Positions 8,980 to 14,219 of a stretch of DNA of 19,039 nt are shown piece by piece. Position 1 is the first letter of the stretch, and every line of letters starts with the position of its first letter. Under the pieces are notes generated by a model, which had not been told where the DNA came from, did not search any database, and saw only the letters and a list, made by a program, of their open reading frames with translations. The stretch is from Candidatus Borrarchaeum weybense (lineage in GTDB: Archaea > Asgardarchaeota > Sifarchaeia > Borrarchaeales > Borrarchaeaceae). The translations under genes were made by a program, and so were the position numbers. The stretch is taken from positions 662,508-681,546 of the forward strand of contig JAHQJS010000004.1 in NCBI GenBank assembly GCA_019057385.1, given 5' to 3'.

Positions 8980-9849
8980 ATGATTATGGTATTGAAGGGG
9001 CACACTGAGACTGTTTACGACATTGCTATCAAAAATGATGGTCTTATTGCATCAGCGTCTGGTGACAAGACGGTTAGACTCTGGGATTTAAAATCAGGTA
9101 AACAATTAAAGGTACTTAAAGGCGCACATTCAAAACCAGTGTATGGAGTGGCGTTTCACCCCTTTGATGATAATCTACTTGCAACGTGTTCGATGGATAA
9201 CGAGATCGCATTATGGGATATAGCTACAGAAACAAAATTAAAAACATTGAAGGGGCATACGAAATCGATTCGATCGATTAGTTTTTCTCTTGATGGAAAT
9301 GTATTGATATCAGGATCAAATGATAAAACTATAGGATTATGGGATATATATTCTGGCAATCTTCTAAGAACACTAAAAGGGCATCTCGATCAAGTGTGGA
9401 GTGTTGCGATTGGCTATGATATTACCCTTGCCTCCGCTTCTAAAGATAAAACAGCACGTTTGTGGAATCTAGAAACAGGAGAACTTCTGCAGGTTTTTTC
9501 ACATGCCAATTACGTTTCAGATGTAGCGTTCTCGCCACAAATTGACCTTTTAGCATCCGCATGTTTCGATAATAACATCTATTTCTGGCAAAGTGGCTCA
9601 AAATCTCCTGTCAGGCTTATAAAAGCCCATGAACAACCTGTGTTAGGCATAGCTTTTAGCCATAATGGTAAATTTGTTGCATCGAGTTCTGCAGATAATT
9701 CCATAGGTCTATGGGATGTTCGTACTGGTGAATCTATTTTACGATTAACTGGGCATTCCGAGCCAGTTAGAAAGATTTTATTCAATTTAGATGATTCATT
9801 TTTGATTTCTTGTTCAGAAGACAAAACAATTGGTATCTTTGAAATTTAG
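8980..9849 (+). CDS. WD40 repeat protein, seven-bladed propeller
   Basis: Seven GH/AH...WD-type repeats (VRLWD, IALWD, IGLWD, ARLWN, IYFWQ, IGLWD, IGIFE). The track begins at TTG 8968; ATG 8980 or 8986 is more likely. Confidence 0.93.
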   Translation: MIMVLKGHTETVYDIAIKNDGLIASASGDKTVRLWDLKSGKQLKVLKGAHSKPVYGVAFHPFDDNLLATCSMDNEIALWDIATETKLKTLKGHTKSIRSISFSLDGNVLISGSNDKTIGLWDIYSGNLLRTLKGHLDQVWSVAIGYDITLASASKDKTARLWNLETGELLQVFSHANYVSDVAFSPQIDLLASACFDNNIYFWQSGSKSPVRLIKAHEQPVLGIAFSHNGKFVASSSADNSIGLWDVRTGESILRLTGHSEPVRKILFNLDDSFLISCSEDKTIGIFEI

Positions 9850-9888
9850 ACTTTTCTTCTTTGAAAATGGAGGCAGAGTATAATTTTT

Positions 9889-9940
9889 TTGAATTCCCAT
9901 AGAAAGAGGCAGGGTATTTACCCGCTTTTCTATGGTTCAA
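9889..9940. terminator. long imperfect hairpin between convergent genes; possible bidirectional terminator or structured RNA
   Basis: TTGAA-ttc-CCATAGAAA-gag-GC-a-GGGT-attt-ACCC-GC-t-TTTCTATGG-TTCAA. The 9-bp arms CCATAGAAA/TTTCTATGG are perfect complements. Confidence 0.55.
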
Positions 9941-9980
9941 TAGGAAACTTAGAGGAAATAAAAAATGCCTGATTAGGATA

Positions 9981-10157
9981 TTAGAACTTATGTAATACTG
10001 GAACTGGCCCTGTGATTATAATCTTTGAACGACTGATAGTCTTATCACATTCTTCACAGAAGTATTCCTCATATATTTCTCGTCCATTGTCACCATGTAG
10101 TATTATGAAACGAGATGCACACTCTACCCCGCATTTAGGACACATTGTTCCATTCAA
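9981..10157 (-). CDS. small zinc-ribbon-like protein (58 aa), absent from the supplied ORF track
   Basis: Hand translation from TTG 10157: (M)NGTMCPKCGVECASRFIILHGDNGREIYEEYFCEECDKTISRSKIIITGPVPVLHKF*. Two CxxC knuckles (CPKC, CEEC). GAGGTGG ribosome-binding-like sequence 6 nt upstream of the TTG; alternative ATG at 10145. Confidence 0.7.
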   Translation of the reverse strand: MNGTMCPKCGVECASRFIILHGDNGREIYEEYFCEECDKTISRSKIIITGPVPVLHKF

Positions 10158-10311
10158 TAGTTACCACCTCTTCAATAGTTAACATAGACTTTGTAGATTG
10201 TTATATCGAGTTACCGTAATTTACGATATCCTTTTTTTTGGCTATTTGGGCAAAAAATCGATTCAATAGGAGATTTTTTCTTTTATTCCATAGGAAAATG
10301 GGTTTAATTAA

Positions 10312-10334
10312 GGGTTCATTTTAAAAAATGACCC
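10312..10334. repeat. inverted repeat / hairpin
   Basis: GGG-T-TCATTTT-AA-AAAATGA-CCC. A second small GAGG...CCTC hairpin follows at 10342-10357. Confidence 0.5.
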
Positions 10335-10667
10335 CCGTCTGGAGGAAAATTCGCCTCTTGACGAAAACCCCTTCTAATTCCAACATTCAATTTTTTGACA
10401 TTTCTTGTTTACTACTTTCATTTATCACCTCTTTATTGAATGTTCAATATTTTTCACAAATATTGTTCATTTGTCTTATTAATTACCTCTAGATCGTTCA
10501 TTTAATAGATCAAATTGAATACCAACATTAAATCGTTCATTTATAAATCTTTCGCTATAGAAGATGATCGAATTATATCAAAAAAGATATTTTTTTACAT
10601 TTCTATTTCAAAAAGAGTTGTATATTTCACTTACGTGTTACAAATAGGCTAAAAAGTTCTAGTAGGC

Positions 10668-10741
10668 GATTTGGTGAACTTTGGCTAAGTTATCAAGAAC
10701 AAGAAATCATCTTTTTTTTCTTTCTTATTCCCTACCAAATC
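10668..10741 (-). promoter_or_regulatory. candidate SECIS element of selenoprotein gene A (3'-UTR, overlapping the terminal TGA)
   Basis: Minus strand: GATTTGGTAGGGAATAAGAAAGAAAAAAAAGATGATTTCTTGTTCTTGATAACTTAGCCAAAGTTCACCAAATC. Closed by perfect 8-bp GATTTGGT/ACCAAATC; 69/74 positions identical to the element after gene B. Confidence 0.75.
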
Positions 10742-11216
10742 ACTTATTTAACTTTTCAAGCACTTCGAATAATGCTTTATTCTTCGGAATGTCGCTCATA
10801 GAATCACTGTAATAAGCATATTGAATGATTCCCTCTTTGTCGACTATAAGTAGCGCCGGCATGCGTCCTAATTTTCGAATTTTGAATTCCTGATGCAGTT
10901 TTTTGGCAACTTCCTTATTGTTATCGTAATATATCGGAAATTTTTCTTTCGCGTACTTTTGTTCCATCTTAATAGCATTTTCAAGCGTGTCTACCAAAAT
11001 TGGATAAATAATCGTGTCTAATTGCTCAAATTGCTCTTTATCTTTAGCAAAACTGCGAACTTGTGCTCTGCAATATGGTCAGTTGATGCTTCTAAGTAAA
11101 GCAACGATAACATTATTCTTTTCGATGAAGTCTTTGATGTTTACGTTTTCTTCCCTTGAATTAGGCAGAGAAAATTCTTCAATTTCCTTCCCTACCATTT
11201 CAAATTTATCCTTCAT
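10740..11216 (-). CDS. selenocysteine-containing peroxiredoxin-like / AhpC-TSA thioredoxin-fold protein A (UxxC)
   Basis: Reading TGA at 11079-11081 as Sec gives 158 aa: MKDKFEMVGKEIEEFSLPNSREENVNIKDFIEKNNVIVALLRSINUPYCRAQVRSFAKDKEQFEQLDTIIYPILVDTLENAIKMEQKYAKEKFPIYYDNNKEVAKKLHQEFKIRKLGRMPALLIVDKEGIIQYAYYSDSMSDIPKNKALFEVLEKLNK*. No other in-frame stop and no frameshift. The TGA falls at the expected N-terminal redox position of a CxxC-type peroxiredoxin-like motif. Confidence 0.88.
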
Positions 11217-11333
11217 TCGTCTCTCTCTCAAGTTCTCCGTCCTTTGAATTTACTTTGATTCTGTCATTACAGTGTTTTTAATCTTTATTGATGCGGTATA
11301 CGGCCCTTTTGACTTAAAAATAAGAATTCTGGC

Positions 11334-11406
11334 GATTTGGTCAACTTTGGCTAAGTTACGAGAACAAGAAATCATCCTTCTTTTCTTTCTTATTCCCTAC
11401 CAAATC
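11334..11406 (-). promoter_or_regulatory. candidate SECIS element of selenoprotein gene B (3'-UTR)
   Basis: Minus strand: GATTTGGTAGGGAATAAGAAAGAAAAGAAGGATGATTTCTTGTTCTCGTAACTTAGCCAAAGTTGACCAAATC. It starts 5 nt after the TAG stop of gene B and is nearly identical to the element after gene A. Confidence 0.75.
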
Positions 11407-11411
11407 AGTTA

Positions 11412-11891
11412 CTACTGTAGATTTCTAATTGCTTCTAACAATTCCTCAATTTTAGGATTGTCCTTTCCAGAATCACCATAGTAAGCATATTGTATGATTC
11501 CTTCTTTATCTACTATGAGGACGGCTGGCATTCGTCTATATTTGTCATCTACTAATTTAACTTCCTGGCCGAGTATTGTTAGTACTTCTTTCGATTCATC
11601 ATAGTACACAGGAAACTTACCTTTTGCATATTTTTGCTCCATTTCAATGGCATTTTTGAGTACATCCTCCGTAATTGCAATGATGATGGTATTTGACTGA
11701 TCAATCTCATCAAAATGATTAGCTAAGCTCTGGATGTGCTTTCTTCAATGTCCTCAGGCCAGTCCTTTTTTCAATGATATGACTATGTTTTTTCGTCCAA
11801 GAACTTCTTTAATATTTACCGTTTCGCCTCTCGAATTAGGCAGGGAAAACTCCTTGATGTGTTTTCCTATCATATTAAATTTATCTTTCAT
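11412..11891 (-). CDS. double-selenocysteine peroxiredoxin-like / AhpC-TSA thioredoxin-fold protein B (UxxU)
   Basis: Reading TGA at 11754-11756 and 11745-11747 as Sec gives 159 aa: MKDKFNMIGKHIKEFSLPNSRGETVNIKEVLGRKNIVISLKKGLAUGHURKHIQSLANHFDEIDQSNTIIIAITEDVLKNAIEMEQKYAKGKFPVYYDESKEVLTILGQEVKLVDDKYRRMPAVLIVDKEGIIQYAYYGDSGKDNPKIEELLEAIRNLQ*. Codon 46 aligns with Sec-46 of A and codon 49 with Cys-49 of A. Confidence 0.85.
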
Positions 11892-11937
11892 AATTCAACC
11901 CGTTCTGGATTTTAATTTTAAAGAAATTGATCAAGTT

Positions 11938-12645
11938 TTATTTATATTCTTCGCCGATCCCTTCTGGAGGATATTTCGCTTTAACGCGTGGAATTGCGAT
12001 AAATTCTCTTATTTCAAGTCCTTCTTCTGGGTCAAAAAATTTCAAACTGGTGGAGGGTTTAATGACAACTGCAGTATCTAGACCCATAGAAGTGCCGGCA
12101 GCAACAACGACTTCCTCTTGGGATTTAATTACATTCGCGTCTGCAGCCATTATTGCAACTTCTACGCACACAATTAACCCACCAGAGATTAACCTCAGCG
12201 CTTCTGTCATCATTTGTTCGAAAGTAACTCCTTTAAATGTTCCAGCGATAGCTGTACCGACTCCATAAAAAGGAATAGTACCCCTAACAACTTTAATCCC
12301 TAACTCTTCAAGCTTATCCTGTATTTCATCAGTCATGTCCATTCTTACCTTCTTTAAGCCTTTTTGTTGCCATTCTCTTAGCTGTGTTTTCAGTTCAGGA
12401 ATATCACTCCAAGGACCATGTAAAGATTCTTTGACCGTCCAATATGCTCCAGGAGGAATGGTAACTGCGATAATTTCCAATTCTTTCCCCATAATCTCAT
12501 GGGCTTTTAAGGCACTATTTCCACGAAGGGTGGCAACAATCACGGTCTTAATGCCGAGTTCATTACTCCTCTCTTTGATTAATTCAAGTGTTCTTAAAGT
12601 GTTACCTGGACCGGGTCTTTCAAAGTATTCTATCCACTTTCGCAT
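11938..12645 (-). CDS. pyruvate kinase alpha/beta domain-like protein (archaeal, uncharacterised)
   Basis: 235-aa ORF: IEYFERPGPGNTLRTLELIKERSNELGIKTVIVATLRGNSALKAHEI ... EALRLISGGLIVCVEVAIMAADANVI, resembling stand-alone PK C-terminal-like domains in archaea. Confidence 0.75.
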   Translation of the reverse strand: MRKWIEYFERPGPGNTLRTLELIKERSNELGIKTVIVATLRGNSALKAHEIMGKELEIIAVTIPPGAYWTVKESLHGPWSDIPELKTQLREWQQKGLKKVRMDMTDEIQDKLEELGIKVVRGTIPFYGVGTAIAGTFKGVTFEQMMTEALRLISGGLIVCVEVAIMAADANVIKSQEEVVVAAGTSMGLDTAVVIKPSTSLKFFDPEEGLEIREFIAIPRVKAKYPPEGIGEEYK

Positions 12646-12749
12646 TTGTCTCCCCTAATTTCCTATATTGCAGAGAAGGTAAACTAATTATATTCGTTCA
12701 CAAGATCTTACTTTTATAATTAATCGATATTAACTTGGAGGCTAAACTT

Positions 12750-13370
12750 GTGAAAATCGGAATATTGGGCACAGGTAATGTAGGACGTGCTTTGGCGAAA
12801 CCATGGGCAGAAAAAGGTCATGAAATAGTATTTGGTTCTCGTGATCCTAATAAAGCGCTAGAAATTGCGGAATCCATGGGAAAAAACGTATGTAGCTCAA
12901 CATATGAAGAAGCAGCGCAGTGGGCCGAAGTTGTCGTTCTTGCAGTCCCTTATACAGCGGCTCTGGATGTGCTTCGGGATGCAGGTGATTTAACTGGGAA
13001 GATCTTGGTAGATTGTACTAATCCTATTGCTCCAGGTTTGAGTGGTCTTTTGATAGGACTTACCACTTCAGCTGCAGAAGAAATTGCTAAAATGACATCT
13101 GCAAAAGTGGTAAAGGCATTCAATACTATGGGAGTTGGCGTCATGGCAAATGTGCAGTTTGGATCTGAAACAGCTAGTAATTTCATCTGTGGTGATGACG
13201 AGGCAAAATCTGTCGTTAGGAGCCTGGGAGAGGATATAGGCTTTGATGTTATTGATATCGGTCCGCTCTCAAATGCTCGACTGCTCGAACCATTAGCCAT
13301 GCTGTGGATTTACCTAGCGTTTAAGCATGGAATGGGGACGGACATTGCGTTCAAACTGCTTCGACGTTGA
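12750..13370 (+). CDS. NADPH-dependent F420 reductase-like / NADP oxidoreductase coenzyme F420-dependent family
   Basis: Rossmann motif MKIGILGTGNVGRALAKPWAEKGHEIVFGSRDP, plus VVVLAVPYTAALDVL, LVDCTNPI, KVVKAFNTMGVGVMANVQFG. Start revised from TTG 12735 to GTG 12750, 9 nt after GGAG. Confidence 0.88.
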   Translation: MKIGILGTGNVGRALAKPWAEKGHEIVFGSRDPNKALEIAESMGKNVCSSTYEEAAQWAEVVVLAVPYTAALDVLRDAGDLTGKILVDCTNPIAPGLSGLLIGLTTSAAEEIAKMTSAKVVKAFNTMGVGVMANVQFGSETASNFICGDDEAKSVVRSLGEDIGFDVIDIGPLSNARLLEPLAMLWIYLAFKHGMGTDIAFKLLRR

Positions 13371-13628
13371 ATAAAATCCAAAAGATGAAATCTCTTAATT
13401 AAATCCCATTTTTTTCATTTCCTATTTTTTATCACACATAGATTTTGTGGTATTACGCTTCTTCTTATTTAAGAAACTTTCATTTCTAGTTTTAAACACA
13501 TTACACTCATAATTTAAACTAAACTTAAAGTAAAACAATGGACAGCTACCCCAATAATATCATAACTTATATCTAAAAACACAAGAAAAGTAAAAAGGAT
13601 TAGAAGTTTTTTGTCGGATTGATTTTGA

Positions 13629-14045
13629 ATGAAAGTAGCATCAGTTGTTTTGCAAAGTAATCCAGTAATTTGTAATATTTGCGGAAAGCAATGCAAAAAT
13701 GAAAGAGGATTGAGCATTCATACTGGACACATGCATAATGGAAAAGGGAATGGCCATAATCATCATTTCAACGGTGCCGGTTTGATGAATAATGAAATTC
13801 TGGCAGAACTTTACTCACTTCGCCAAATGATCATCGACCTGTCATATAAAATAGACAATAACGGACACTCAATAAACTATGAACAACACCACGATACTTT
13901 ACCAAAAATACAGAGCTCTCCAAAGGGAGATTCAATTCTTGCTCAACAGCACCTTAAAAATTATCTGGGTTACGGAGGCGATCATTTGACTTTAATGGAC
14001 GAATTAAGATCAGCATTAAAAGAACGGACACTCATATCTGTCTAA
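13629..14045 (+). CDS. single C2H2 zinc-finger protein
   Basis: 138-aa ORF with CNICGKQCKNERGLSIHTGHMH (C-x2-C-x12-H-x4-H), His/Asn/Gly-rich linker, helical region, and C-terminal DHLTLMDELRSALKERTLISV. Confidence 0.75.
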   Translation: MKVASVVLQSNPVICNICGKQCKNERGLSIHTGHMHNGKGNGHNHHFNGAGLMNNEILAELYSLRQMIIDLSYKIDNNGHSINYEQHHDTLPKIQSSPKGDSILAQQHLKNYLGYGGDHLTLMDELRSALKERTLISV

Positions 14046-14219
14046 TAGTACAAAGGTAATTTGACCATCTTTCACAGTCTTGTTTTAAAGAAATGAACTT
14101 AAATTTAAAACCAGAAAGAGAGTATTTTTTCTATATTCAATTAAGAATGAAAATTTGATTATCAACTTAAAGGTAATAATTTTCGCGAGGTTTTGATTTT
14201 TAAGCTCTAAGGAGGACTG

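Noticed and set aside
9936-10272. Shared TTCAATAGGA on both sides of the zinc-ribbon gene (9936 and about 10262), considered as possible mobile-element ends
   Set aside because: Only 10 nt, direct orientation, no transposase, and flanking sequence not convincingly similar.
10740-11891. Reading the two truncated ORFs as decayed peroxiredoxin pseudogenes or sequencing errors
   Set aside because: All three in-frame TGAs fall exactly at aligned redox positions 46 and 49, the rest of both frames is intact, and both genes carry a matching conserved 3' element. Random decay would not give this pattern.
11014-12081. Plus-strand ORFs 11014-11247, 11272-11481, 11734-12081 and 11927-12268
   Set aside because: They are antisense to the minus-strand selenoprotein genes and the PK-like gene, have low-complexity Phe/Ser/Leu-rich translations and no recognisable motifs.
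12950-13300. Minus-strand ORF antisense to the F420/NADP oxidoreductase gene
   Set aside because: Shadow ORF; the plus strand has unambiguous Rossmann and family motifs.
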